Below the pieces are notes generated by a model, which saw nothing but the letters and a program-made list of their open reading frames with translations, was not told where the DNA came from and made no database searches. From positions 14,880,001-14,944,000 of the forward strand of contig OX597840.1 in NCBI GenBank assembly GCA_951406725.2: a stretch of 64,000 nt of DNA, written 5' to 3'. The translations under genes were made by a program, and so were the position numbers. Source of the DNA: Octopus vulgaris (lineage: Eukaryota). Positions 13,020 to 26,390 of the stretch are shown here, in pieces (positions within the stretch are counted from its first letter, which is position 1; each line of letters begins with the position of its first letter).

Positions 13020-13410
13020 GCATCATCATTCAGTATCCACTTTCCATGCCAGCATGGGTTACATGGTTTGACTGAAACTTGTAAGCAGGAGAGCTGCCTG
13101 ATTTAGTGTGGTTTCTATGGCTGGCTGCCCTTCCTAATGCCAACCACTCCAGGAGTGTAATGGGTGCTCTTTACATGCCACCAGCATGGGTGCCAGTTAC
13201 GCAACACCTGCATTGGCCACAACTATGGTTTCACTTGACTTGATGGGTCTTCTCAAGCACGGCATATCGCCAAAAGTCTTGGTCATTCTTCATTGCCTCC
13301 ATGGGACCCAACATTCAAAGGGTGCTCTTTACGTGCCACTGGCATGGGTGCTAGTTATATGACACACGCAACAGCCACGACTACAACCTTACTTGGCTTC
13401 ACAGCTCTTC
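13020..13410 (-). mobile_element. RTE/RTEX LINE 3' end, short-UTR subfamily
   Basis: (CAT)n tail, ccatgccagcatgg hairpin, cccttcctaatgccaaccact, and ORF end RYAVLEKTHQVK* on the minus strand. Confidence 0.75.
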
Positions 13411-13859
13411 TGAAGCCGATTTATATTAGTACATGCAAGTGCATACACAAACACACACAAACACGTACATACACGCAGGCACATGCTCACCCACGCATGC
13501 ACACACACACATGCACACATACACTCTCACACACACACTCACACACACGCTCGGAGCATTCACCTCCTCTACTAACTAAATAACAGAAGGGACAAACTAG
13601 AGGTAGTAACCTCTAGCTGCCCCCTGGGCAGTTGATGGAGTCTATTTTCTTTACATTTTCATGTTTATTGTGCCTGTGCATCTTCCACACACAAAAGTTA
13701 TTTTTCCTGTTAACCTTCCTCTGACATTGCTGCACCTTTTATGTGTCCATAACTTACAGCAGGTACATCTTTTCTACAGATCGAGCAGGGCCATCTACCT
13801 GAAGGGATTTGTGATTTGTCTGACTTCCTATTTACTAAGACTTTGGTTTTTGCTAGGCT

Positions 13860-14325
13860 AACTCTAAGCCCCTTCAATTCTAGACCTCACTTCCACACCT
13901 GGAACTTCTCTAATTCTAGTAGTGATTCAGCTATAAGAACAAAGTCATTAGCATAGAAGAGCTCCCAGGGGCAGCCTGTCTTGAATTCCTCTGTTATTGC
14001 CTAGAGGGCTATGATGAACAAGAGGGGGCTTAGGACCAATCCTTGGTGAACCCCTGCTTGTATCCTGAATTGTTTGCTGTACTTGTTGCCAACTCTCACC
14101 TTACTGACAGCATCGCTGTACATAGTTTGTATAACTCTTACCAACCACTCGTCTATCCGTAATTTCTGCATTGACCACCAGATAAGGGATTGGGGTAGTC
14201 TGTCAAAGGCTTTCTCCAATTCAACAAAAGTCAAGTACAGAGGTTTATCTTTGGCTATGTATTTCTCCTACAGCTGCCTTACCAGAAATATAGCATCAGT
14301 AGTGCTTCAACCTGGCACAAAACCA
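13860..14325 (-). mobile_element. RTE/RTEX reverse transcriptase fragment
   Basis: GFVPG*STTDAIFLVRQL*EK...FVELEKAFDR...GVHQGLVLSPLLF...ELFYAND. Confidence 0.9.
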
Positions 14326-14342
14326 AGTAAATATATATATAT

Positions 14343-14384
<42 letters not shown>

Positions 14385-14925
14385 TATTTAGGTATATGTA
14401 TATTTGTGTGAATGTGTAAATAGTTATATGTATAGTTATATATGTGTGTGTATATATCCATATATGTGTGTGTGTATATATGTATATATGTATGTATTAT
14501 TGTTATTATTATTATCATTATTATTACTATTATTATTTAAAATAGTTTGATTTGACTCTATGCAACTTCAAGTTTCGCAAGCTTCTTGTAGAAACATCTC
14601 TCTATCAGGCTTATATATATCTATATATATTTATATTTATATATATATATGCATGTATGTATATACATACACATTTCCATACATCTAGATCACACACACC
14701 CCTCTAACATACCCCGCATCCTCATCAATCATCTTTCACCCCAACTGCCTAATCATCCATTTATCACTATCCAATAATCTTATTTAATCTTGTTACTGCT
14801 GGCCATTCTTGGTGCTGATTCAATCTGCAGGAACTGCATTTCTTGTCAAGCATGCAATTGATGCAGTGGCTACTGCACAAACCATTTTCTATATTTATAT
14901 ATATATATATATATATGTATATATA

Positions 14926-15345
14926 GGCGCAGGAGTGGCTGTGTGGTAAGTAGCTTGCTTACCAACCACATGTTTCTGGGTTCGGTCCCACACCTTGGGC
15001 AATTCCATTCTACTCTATCCTCATGCTGACCAAAGCTTTGTGAGTGGATTTGGTAGATGGAAACTGTGAGAAACCCATCATGTATATATATATATATATG
15101 TGTGTGTGTCTATATATATTTGTGTGTGTCTATCTGTGTTTATCCCCCCACCCCCACCATCCACTATCTCTTGACAACCAATGTGGGTGTGTTTGCGTCC
15201 TCGTAACTTAGTGGTTTGGCAAAAGAGACCAACAGAATAAGAACTAGGCTTACAAAGAATAATTCCTGGGGTCGATTTGTTTGACTGAAGGTGGTGTTCC
15301 AGCATGGCCTCAGTCAAATGAGTATAACAAGTAAAAGAATAAAAG
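14926..15345 (+). mobile_element. SINE family A, near full length
   Basis: Starts aggcgcaggagtggctgtgtggtaag, has an internal TA/TG repeat, ends acaagtaaaagaat. Confidence 0.9.
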
Positions 15346-15864
15346 AATGTTGGTTGGTAAGTTATAGAAATGTGGTTCAAGAAAGGCTTATAAACAATAA
15401 TATTCACACAATCATGAATATTAATAACTCATTTACATATATTAATATTCAAACATTTAAATATATTAATATTAAAACATTTGCCCATAGTACTTATTGC
15501 AACATTAAAGTATATTTTTATGTTTTAGCAAGTTATTTTTACAGAAATAATACACAGAATAAAATAATGGCATCTCTTCCTTTCTCTCTGTTCTCTCATT
15601 GTTTTTATCTTTACACAAGAATCTTACAGAACAGCAGTTCTATCTTCTAATCTGGCACTACGATTCTCAGATTGGTGTTCTACAAATGCCATGCTCCATG
15701 TTTTGCAAACAAAGGGAAAAATGCAGATCATTTTATGCATGCAGTAATTTATTATCCACATGTTCTCATATTACCTCATCCAAAAAGAACCCCACGTTTT
15801 TTTTTTTTAGATATTTGCATGGACTACTGTCACTCCATGTGGAATTTTCATGGAAATTACTAAA

Positions 15865-16140
15865 AAGAGACATTTGTGTGGACTAGTGCCCTCTATATCT
15901 AAATTACTAAAGAAGCTGAAGACTTCTGGAATGAAATTATATTGGACCTTGCTACATCATCAGTCATCTTTTTCTATTCACTGATAACACAATATCCTCC
16001 TACACATAGACATTTCTGCAGACTAGTGCCTTCTATATCTAAATTACTAAAGAAGCTGAAGACTTCTAGAATGCAATTATATTGGACCGTGTTACATCAT
16101 CAGTCATCTTTTTCTCTTCAATGATAACACAATATCTGGT
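15865..16140 (+). repeat. ~140-bp tandem repeat, about 2 units
   Basis: attggacc at 15941 and 16081. The same unit occurs at 28.7-30.2 kb. Confidence 0.8.
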
Positions 16141-17814
16141 TCATATTTTAGTGCTGCAAATATTTTTAGGAAAATATAAATAATTTGCCCAATTTAAATA
16201 TTTGATTTCAAAGAGAAATCACATTACCATTTTAACACCCAACACTGCCCCATAAAACCCCTGTTGACAGTTCCCCTTCTCACCTGAACTCACAGTGTTC
16301 CCATGGGATATGACACTACCAGCCCTGTTAAGAGGACCTGATATTAAAGTTTCCTGTTGAGGGAATGTGACCCTCATTTCAAACATGTTAGGGAGTTAAC
16401 AACAAGGAACTTTGTCATTATAAACTTCCACATGGGGCCTACATAAGCCCCTTTGCTAGTTAGTGTGACCCCTTTTTAAGTTCGTTAAATTTTTCTTGCA
16501 TATTTTGCTACAAGCACTCATCTAAATGTCACCTGATGTACTTGAAGCAGCAGTCAAATCCCCAATTCCACTATTAGACAAGGAAGGACAACATTTGATA
16601 ATGTAGTCTTATTGATGCTAACTGGATGATGATGACAGGATGGATTGATCATGGCTGGAAGGTCTTTGATAATAGAGCTTAGTCTGTCAATTCAGTTAGA
16701 CATGTTTTCAGGTTCAATTCCAGTCTGTCCCATTTTGGGCCAGTGTTTTCTTTATCTTCTACCTCAGATCACCCTTGTGAGTAATATTTGGTTGATGAAA
16801 ACTTGGATAGAAATACTTATGTCAGAGCCAAGAATTCATGTTGCTGGTTCGTTTACTTAATCTGGGGCCCACTGTAAGAACCCCACTACCATTGCTTCCT
16901 CTGTTACCACTTGCACTTTGGGTGGGCCTTCAATGTTGTCCACTCTGTGCATTTATTCACTCCCACCAGAGGGTCTGAAGTGGATTGGGAACACTGATCA
17001 CCCATCCCCTGATTAAACCATTACAAAACAAAGAGGGGAGAAAATAGCAATTATCACTTTATCTTATAATTAAGGTTTGATGGAGGTTGGGGAGGGCATT
17101 ACCCTTGACCGTTTGTGGAACATAACAAAGCGATGGGAGAGAATTGGTCACAATAGAAAGACATTACTCTAAGACAATCAAGTACCGGATAGTGGTGTTA
17201 AATGAGATAATGGATTAAGACTATAATCCAGGTAATCCACAGTAGGATTTGAACTTAGAATGTAATGAGAAGTCATAGGTAATGCAAAACATCTTCGCTG
17301 ATGCTCTAAAGTTGATCTTGGGTTAAATAATAGCAATAGTTGACTTGAACTGAACAGTTACATGAAGTAGTAACTGCTGCTGCTGCTGCTGCGACTGTTG
17401 CTGATGCCAGTGCATCTGTAGGTGCTGAGCTTGCAGAAGCTAGTTAAGCAAAAACGACTTAAAAGTTCTCTGCTACCCACTTTATTTTTGTTGCTTCTAC
17501 ATTATTTCGTAATAAAAGACTAATTAGTCAGCTCAATATCTTAGAATTAATGTCAGTGTTCGTTATCTCTTTGTCATTTCCTGCATTGTCATCTGATGTT
17601 TGTTACAATTGCAGCAAGAGGTTAATGAGTGCAGTGGCTTAATGCCGTGTGGTGCAACACACTTAATAATTCACAATCTCTTAGCTCAAGAGTACATCAT
17701 CTAATAATGGATTTCCACCAATACGTTTGTCTAACACAGATGCATACATAGAAACAGGATGTAAATACACACACACACACAGATGCTCGCATATATATGT
17801 ATGTAAATACATAC

Positions 17815-17862
<48 letters not shown>

Positions 17863-18135
17863 TGTATACATACATAGGTATATATATGCGTATATATATG
17901 CATATATATATATATAGTTGTGTATGGGTGTCTGTATGTATAATATATTTTATATATGTATATGAAAGAGTGAGTGTGTGTATGAAAGCAGGTTGGTGCT
18001 TGCAGTTTTGTATGTATGCATATAATGTGTTGTGTTTATGTGTATATAAATGTGAGCGTGCATATATGTATGTATGTACGTATGTATGTATGTATATACA
18101 CATGTATATCTATTTATTTGTTTATCTATCAATCT

Positions 18136-18193
<58 letters not shown>

Positions 18194-18479
18194 CCCCCAC
18201 ACGCATATATGTATTTATATACATACAGACATACATACATGCATGCATACATGTATACATATATGCATGCATTGTACACAGCACACATATATGTTTATAT
18301 AGGTTTGCATGTGTTTATATGTATATATATATATATATATATGCATTATTCTCTACTGACATATCAACAATAAAAATCTCTATTGTAAGTAACATCTTCC
18401 AACATGAAAACCTGTGTTTTCGTGTGTGTACATGCGTATACATGTGTATTATGCACATCTGTATGGGCATATGTATATA

Positions 18480-18521
<42 letters not shown>

Positions 18522-18547
18522 TAGTTTTCATGTATGTATACACATCT

Positions 18548-19345
18548 AGGCACAGGAGTGGCTGTATGGTAAGTGGCTTGCTTACCAACCACATGGTTCC
18601 AGGTTCAGTCCCACTGTGTGGCACCTTGAGCAAGTGTCTTCCACTATAGCCTTGGGCCGATGAAGGCCTTGTGAGTCAATTTGGTAGACAGAAACTGAAA
18701 GAAGCCCATTGTATATATACTCTTTTACTCTTTTACTTGTTTCAGTCATTTGACTGCGGCCATGCTGGAGCACCACCTTTTAGTCGAGCAAATCGACCCC
18801 GGGACTTATTCTTTGTAAGCCCAGTACTTATTCTATCGGTCTCTTTTGCCGAACCGCTAAGTGACGGGGATGTAAACACACCAGCATCGGTTGTCAAGCA
18901 ATGCTAAGGGGACAAACACAGACACACAAACACACACATACATATATATATATATACATATATACGACGGGCTTCTTTTCAGTTTCCGTCTACCAAATCC
19001 ACTCACAAGGCATTGGGTCTATAACAGAAGACACTTGCCCAAGATGCCACGCAGTGGGACTGAACCCGGAACCATGTGGTTGGTTAGCAAGTTACTTACC
19101 TCACAGCCACTCCTGCGCCTATATATATTGTATATATATATGTATATGTATATATGTCTGCGTATCTGTGTTTATCTCCCCATCATTGCTTGACAACCGA
19201 TGCTGGTGTGCTTACATCCCTGTAACTTAGCTGTTTGGCAAAAGAGACTTACAAAGAATAAGTCCTGGGGTCGATTTGTTCAACTAAAGGCAGTACTCCA
19301 GCATGGCCGCTGTGAAATAACTTTTACAAGTAAAAGAACAAAAGA
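18548..19345 (+). mobile_element. SINE family A interrupted by a second family A copy
   Basis: 5' half 18548-18715 and 3' half ~19160-19345 flank an antisense copy. Confidence 0.85.
18720..19120 (-). mobile_element. SINE family A, full length and young (nested)
   Basis: Reverse complement of aggcgcaggagtggctgtg...gactgaaacaagtaaaagagtaaaagag, with many CpGs intact. Confidence 0.9.
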
Positions 19346-19444
19346 ATATCTGCCTATAGGCCCTTGCTTTTAAGTTTTCTGTATAGGTTTACTCCCTGAA
19401 CATTTTTAAATCCTTAAAAAAATCAACCTACAAGGTGAATGGTA

Positions 19445-19780
19445 AAGTTCCCCCTTCAGTAATGAATGAGCATGGGATTGCACCTAGAAGGTTTCTCTCC
19501 GAGGCACAAGTCCAGACAAGGTTGATTATGGAAGGCAAGCAGTCGCCCATGCATACCAGCCTCCCCTCTCTTCACCACCGGTGATATCAAGGGGAAAGGC
19601 AAAGGGGCCAATACAGCTTGGCACCAGTGACATCACAGCTCGCTTCTACAACTGAGTCAACTGGATCAATGTGAAATGAAGTGTTTTGCTCAAGGACACA
19701 ACACACAGTCCAGTCTGGGAATTGAACCTGCTACCTCATGATTGTGAGCCCAACGTTCTAGCCACTGATCCATGTGTCTT
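19445..19780 (-). mobile_element. CORE-like SINE family C
   Basis: Reverse strand has a tRNA head (ggatcagtggctagaacg...ggttcaattccc) and tgtgtccttgagcaaaacac. Homologous to 23362-23675. Confidence 0.8.
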
Positions 19781-19984
19781 AGCAGGGTGTTTATTATGAT
19801 AGTGGGCATGGTGTTCTGCAGAGCCAGGGTCACTCTCTTGTCCTGGTCTGGTGAGTCATTAGGATGTAGGATTTTTAATGGAGCAATCTTCTCTTAGATG
19901 AACGGCAACAGAACTGAAGCTCTGGCTTCGTTGAGGTGTCTATGAGTGACATGTTATTCTATGACATGTTAATTAACCCATAGG

Positions 19985-20110
19985 CAGGACCCTAACAGGT
20001 GCTAGCTGTGAGTCAAGATATACCTGGATACAATAGACAGGTGCTAACTCTAAGTCAGAGTATATTCGGAAACAATAGACAGATGCTAGGAGTCAAACTG
20101 GAAACAATGG
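19985..20110. repeat. ~42-bp degenerate tandem repeat
   Basis: acaatagacag(g/a)tgcta...gagtca repeated about 3 times. Confidence 0.55.
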
Positions 20111-20286
20111 TTCTACATTCCACTGAATGCTGAAACTCTTGCACCAGGGGTCAGACAAAATACAGGCACAAGAATGATACAAATGGCTATGAGAAAACAT
20201 GGCCCCATAATTCATTTAGAGCAAAATATCATTAACAAAAGAAGATATTTTATCCTGCCTCCTTCATTTGAAGCTGGAATAAGGAA

Positions 20287-20334
20287 TATTACCTGAAGAG
20301 CCATGCTGAAGTGAAACAAAGTGTTTAGCAATAT
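20287..20334 (+). ncRNA. Degenerate type I hammerhead-like motif
   Basis: tattac-CTGAAGA-gc..gt-GAAA-caaagtgt..gcaata. Stem II is short and decayed. Confidence 0.4.
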
Positions 20335-20452
20335 ATATAACAGTGGAATATCCAGCCATTAACATATGTGTGTGTTTATATGTGTGTATATGTATATATA
20401 TTTATATATGTTATCTATATGAATATATGTATATATATATATACATACACAC

Positions 20453-20496
<44 letters not shown>

Positions 20497-21025
20497 CACA
20501 CACACACACATCTAATCTTCCTCTAACATATCGGTCTTACCTTTACACTTTTGTTGGTCATCAATTTTCAGTTTGTCTAGAATTTTTATTTTTGCTCTTT
20601 GTTTTGTTTCCTTTTTTGTTGTTTTTGCTTTTTATTTTTCTTTGTTCATCTAATCTCTTTATTTCATTGTCATCACCACCACCACCACCACCACCACCAT
20701 CATCATCATCATTTCTAAAATGTTCTTTATTGATATAATTGGCAATGTTGTTCCAGTTCTAGCTGTTATTGTTATTACAATAAACGTTGTAACAATTCTA
20801 GTTATCTATTATTGTTGTTGTTGTTGCTGTTGTATTATCGTTTATAATTTTACTAATGCCGGCAGACTTCTTTCACAACACACTTAATAAAGTTGATTAA
20901 TTTCACCAGCCATTATCGGATTTGCTTCCTCGCCTAGATTCCTCATTCTTCTTTTAGCTTATTACACTTGTTATGCTTCATAGCATCTATATACATGCAT
21001 GCATGTATGTATGTGTATGTGTATA

Positions 21026-21114
<89 letters not shown>

Positions 21115-21634
21115 GCACATATATATAATAAATGAAAAATGCATATATGTATATATGTACACACACACACACACACACAAAATATAAGTATAAATATATG
21201 TGTATATAACCATGTATTTGTGTGTGTGTGTGTTTCTGCATATGTATGCATGTATCTGTGTGTGTGCCTGTATATATATATATATATATGTGTGTTTGCG
21301 TGTGTACACATACACACATACAGACATGAAGATGATCATCATAAGGTCTTTATGTGTATGTATGTTTGTGTGAGTCTGTGTGTGTGTGCGCACGTGTGTG
21401 TGTGTATACAATCTATTGTAAGACTGTTACCATAAATAAGAGTTTCCTAGAATCTTATTTGATAAACTCTCGTTAAAACTCATTGTCTTAAGTAGCTGAC
21501 AATGACAATAAACGTGCTTATGGTAGAAAGTATTATCATGGGAAGAATATTCTCCCTTTCGCCTGCTATTTCTAACAGACTGAACAACCCCCTATGACTG
21601 CACCTTTAAGGGTGGGGTCTATGATGATAGTCTT

Positions 21635-21757
21635 TTTTACTATAGGCACAAGGCCTGAAATTTTGGGGGAAGGGGCAAGTCGATTGCATTGACTCCTGTA
21701 CTCAACTGGTACTTAATTTATTGACCCCGAAAGGATGAAAGGCAAAGTCAACCTCAG
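21635..21757 (-). mobile_element. SINE family B, 3' part
   Basis: tactataggcacaaggcctgaaattttgggg...gaccccgaaaggatgaaaggcaaagtcaacctc. Confidence 0.8.
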
Positions 21758-22766
21758 GGACTATAATAATAATAATTATAATAATAATAATGATAATAAT
21801 ATTAATTATTATTATTATTATTATTATTATTAATATTATTATTATCTTTGATTGCTACAGCTGTTGTCTTTTCATTGGCATAGTGTACCTTGAATTATGT
21901 TGTACCTTGGTGTGTCATTTCCTTTCGTTTAAGACAATTGATGTTTAAGAGAGACTTGGCTGCTACTTCTAGCAAAACAGACACTGTGTTAAGGCTCCCT
22001 TGCTGGCTTGCATGTGAGTGTTGTTTAGTGCACCACCCCTCTCTGAGGGGGACAGACCTAAGTTCATCATTGCTCTTCTGAGTGTCACAATAATGTATGA
22101 TGTTGTTCTGGATGCCTGCACTCCGCTTTCAAATCCCATGAAGGTCAATGTTGCTTTACAGCCTTCCAGGGTCAGTAAGTAAAGTACCAGTCATATACTG
22201 GGACCTTTAATCGTTATCAGTTTCACACACGCTGTCTCTCTTTCTCTCTTTCTCACTCTCTCTCATTCACTCACTCTTTTCTTCTCTCTTCTTGCCCTCA
22301 TTCTCTCTTTCTCACTCAATGTTTTCCCTCTCTTTCTCTCTCTCTCTCTCTCTCTCACTCTTTTTCTCTCACTACCTCTCACTCTCTCTTTCTCACTCAG
22401 TGTTTTCCCTCTCTCTTTCTTTCTCTCTCTGCACATGTAGAGTCTGCCACATGGTCTCCCTGCATGTCTTCTACAACAGCCATGAAGTGATCTTTGCTTT
22501 GTCAGTGGAATTAGCAGAAAGAAAATTTTGCCTGTGTGTGTTTGTGTGTGTGTGTGTGTGTGTACATGCACATTGGCTCACACACATGTGTAGAAGCAGT
22601 GAGATCTATGTTAAAATGTCATTATGATTTATGTTGAAACCAATAACACCCGTAAATAATAGCTTCTGATATATTGGATTAAAACTTCCAGGATGCAGGA
22701 AAAAAAGCAGGGATTAACCCAGCATGTTAGGAGCCATTATTTATGCTTCTATTTCTAAGATTAATT

Positions 22767-22801
<35 letters not shown>

Positions 22802-22802
22802 C

Positions 22803-22848
<46 letters not shown>

Positions 22849-23316
22849 TTTATATATATATGATACATATATGTATATATCTACATATATATGTGTGTGT
22901 ATGTATGTATATAAATAAAACATGCATATATTGTGTGTATGTTCTTGAATGTTGACATTTCCATGTCTTACATGTTTGTATGGAGCAATGAGGTAAATAA
23001 AAGATGAATATCATGTTTGCATTCCCTGCAAACAAAGCTCAATTAAGCATTCTTCCAAGCTTGTCAGCATAGAAATAAAAGAACAGTTGTAAAAAAAAGA
23101 AAAAAGAACAAACCCCATGAGCAAACACTCACACACACACACACCCATACACACACCATCATCATCATCATCATCCTTTAACGTCCATTTGCATTGCCAG
23201 CATCACACACACACATATAAACACAAGTATGGTGGTGCAAACAGGAAAAAAAGTTGGATTAGTGCCAACACATAAAACTCTTAGTCCTTGAGTCACTCTC
23301 TTCCTTCTACTAAATA

Positions 23317-23355
<39 letters not shown>

Positions 23356-23361
23356 GAATAG

Positions 23362-23675
23362 ACTCCCTTCAGTCATGACTGACTGTGGGATTGCACCTAG
23401 AAAGTTTCCCTTCCAGGCACAAGTCCGGGCAAGGTTGTTTATGGAAGACCAGCAGTCACCCATGCATACCGGCCTCCTCTCTCCACACCACTGATGTTAT
23501 TCAAGGGAAAGGCAAAGGGGCCGATACAGCTTTGCACCTGTGACATCACAACTCAATTCTACAGCTAAGTGAACTGTGTCTTGCTCAAGGACACAACACG
23601 CAGCCTGGTCACGGATTTGAACTCACAACCTCACAATTATAAGCTCAATGCTCTAATCACTGAGCCATGAGCCTT
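23362..23675 (-). mobile_element. CORE-like SINE family C
   Basis: Colinear with 19445-19780. Confidence 0.8.
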
Positions 23676-23729
23676 CACACACACACATACATATATATAT
23701 ATATACACATATATTATATATCCTATGCT

Positions 23730-23897
23730 GGTGCCTCATAATAAAAGCATTCAGTCCAGTCTGCTAGGTGGTTGGTGTTAGGAAAGTCTTCTAGCTAAAT
23801 GGGGCAGGCCTTTGCCTTGCCAACTTCTGTCAAACCATCCAGCCCATGCTAGCATGGAAGGAGGACGTTTAACAATGATGAAGATGATGATGATGAT
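23730..23897 (+). mobile_element. RTE/RTEX LINE 3'-end remnant
   Basis: gtggttggtgttaggaa...cccatgctagcatggaaggaggacgtttaac followed by (GAT)n. Confidence 0.7.
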
Positions 23898-23919
23898 ATA
23901 GATAGATAGATAGATAGAT

Positions 23920-23950
<31 letters not shown>

Positions 23951-24199
23951 AAGATAGATAGATAGATAGATGGATAAATAGAAAGATAGATGGATGGATA
24001 GACAGACAGACAGGCACATATCATTGGGGTTGGTGACTTCTGTGATCATGTTGGGCAGCACTCCCATGGATTCCATAGTGTGCGTGGATGTTAAGGTTTT
24101 GGCTCTAGGAATGTGGAGTAAACAAAACTGCTGATGTTCCATGATGCAAATGATCTGATTATCTGCAGGAAACCAGCCAACCACCTATCAGTCTCGTGG

Positions 24200-24855
24200 C
24201 TAAATAAACCAGATTGATGACATCCTCACCAGACAACATGGCAGGTGCTTGCAAATACAAAGTATTTCCCAAGTGAAGAATGGACAAACCAACAAAGGTT
24301 ATTTGTCAGTGACCTCAGAATTAGAACTAGAAGGACCTGGAAAAACAGCCTGGAAAAGGAGATTATAAAAGTGCAAAGACCCAGCAAACTGAGAGAAGTT
24401 TAGTGATAGTCAATTGGCAGCTTAAAATGAGTTGGAGGAGGGGTTGAAGACATAGCTTAGAGGACAATTGGAAGTTCCTGCAAGATAACCTGCTGAGTGC
24501 TACAGACCAGATCTGCGGCTGGTGCATAGTCCTGGCCAGGCCAAGGGTGACATAGGGGTGGAACAAGAAGGTAGACAGTGCTATAGAATTAGGGACAGGC
24601 TTGGAAAGACTGGAAAAAATGGTGGTTGCAGAGAATCATGTCATGTAGCCAGAAGGGAAGCCAGGCAATGGGTTTACATAGCAAAAGGAAAAACAGAAAG
24701 TAAGGGATTTACCAAAGTTTTGTGGTATGAGGATCAGAAGAATGAGGTGTTGCAGATTGCAAAGCTGTGTATCAGAGAGAATAGTGATATGGGTGAGAAA
24801 TATGTGTGAATGGATAACGGTATGCTTGCATTTCGTGATGCAGAAAAGAAAGTTA
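24200..24855 (+). mobile_element. RTE/RTEX endonuclease-RT linker fragment
   Basis: QIDDILTR, KVFPSEE and NWKFLQDNLLSATDQICGW read with frameshifts. Confidence 0.6.
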
Positions 24856-24929
24856 ATGATGATGGTGCAGATAGTGGTGGTGGCTGCGGTGGCAGCAGTG
24901 GTGATGATGAAAAGGATGATGATGATGTA

Positions 24930-25090
24930 CTTGTGCCACGTAAAAATCACTAGGTTCACTCTGCAGAGTGGTTGCTGTTAGGTAGGACATCCAGCTATAA
25001 AAATCCTATCAAAACACAGAAGGCTGGTGCAGACTTCAGCCTGGCTGGTTCTTGTGGTATTATCCCACCCATGCTAGCATGGAAGACATT
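24930..25090 (+). mobile_element. RTE/RTEX LINE 3'-end remnant
   Basis: gagtggttgctgttaggtaggacatccagct...cccatgctagcatggaag. Confidence 0.65.
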
Positions 25091-25454
25091 GTTGTTAGTA
25101 TAGGCTCAAAATTGGTTGTATCAGACTCATTTGGATACAGACATAGCCAGAAAGTCATTCAAACAAAGAAAACTCCTATAAGGGCCGAGCTAAACCCTTA
25201 GTACATTAACCAAAACGTCTATCTATTTCCCATTTGTAAAAGCTAAACACTTATGAATTTACAGACAACTAACTGGCCAGTTCCACACTTTAAAAAATCA
25301 ATAAGAAACTATGAATTAAGAAAATTATTTATTTTTAGATTAAAAGTAGAAATTTTTTTCTCAAGAAATTCTGCAATCAAGAGACCTTGTACTTCACTAA
25401 TTTACCAATATTTTTTTTTTGTTATTGTTTTATTTTATTTCATTTTTATTTTAT

Positions 25455-25572
25455 TTAATTCATATTTTTCTTCTATTTTCAGGTAAGAATTTACAATATT
25501 TCACTTGAGCAAAACCAAAATTTTTTAATCTTAACATAATATTATTTGGTATACATTATTAATCAGGTAAGT
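25455..25572 (+). other. Candidate recursive splice site (AG|GTAAG) with 84-nt cryptic exon and downstream donor
   Basis: tttttcttctattttcAG|GTAAGA at 25481-25488 and a second CAG|GTAAGT at 25564-25572. Confidence 0.35.
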
Positions 25573-25649
25573 TTTATCTATTTATTTATTCATTTATTTA
25601 TCTATTATTGTCATTCCACTTCTCAGACTTCTTGATTTCACTTGCTACG

Positions 25650-26200
25650 TCTAATTCTATAAGAGCAGACAACCTGTTGCCAAGGGCTTTACAAGGTTGT
25701 CTTCTGCTATGACACTTTACATCCAAGTATTAATCTCAAAATTATCACTGTCCCTAATAAAGCAATTTTCTGAGCATATTCTACCCTCATGTTAATCGCA
25801 ATTTCTTCCAGTATCCCTACAACTACAGATATAACAGTTACTTTCCTCATTGCCCTTACTCATGCAATTTCATCTTTTAGTGGTTTCTACCCCTTAACCT
25901 TTTCCAATTCTTTACCATCCACTCATATATCCCCAGACATATGACAGTACCTATGACCTTGCTTTTCTTCATTATTTTATCAACTACAATAACAATGTCA
26001 GGTCTCTGAGCATCAATCACTGAATCACCCTGGATTGTAAAACCCTACAAGATCTAAGACTCATTATTCTCAGTGACACATTCTGGTTTATACTTGTACC
26101 ATTTCAATATCTTTTCAAGATCATATTCCTCACATAATCTCCAATGAACATAGCCACATTATCCTGCCTCCTTTTGTATTCTCTTTGAATCAGTTTGTTA
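25650..26200 (-). mobile_element. R4/Dong-like LINE 3' fragment
   Basis: Minus-strand RPDIVIV-type RLE region and C-terminal EYAQKIALLGTVIILRLIL. Confidence 0.75.
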
Positions 26201-26390
26201 CATTCAATCACAATATGTGGGTCTGTTTCATTTTTTATGCCACACATTCTACAAAAGAGCAATTCACTTTTCTTATTTACCATCCCAGATTGTTTTCTGC
26301 ATTGTCAATACAGATTTTGCATCCTATAAGACCTCCATTACTACTACTACTACTACTGCTTCTACTACTACTACTACTACTACTATTATT

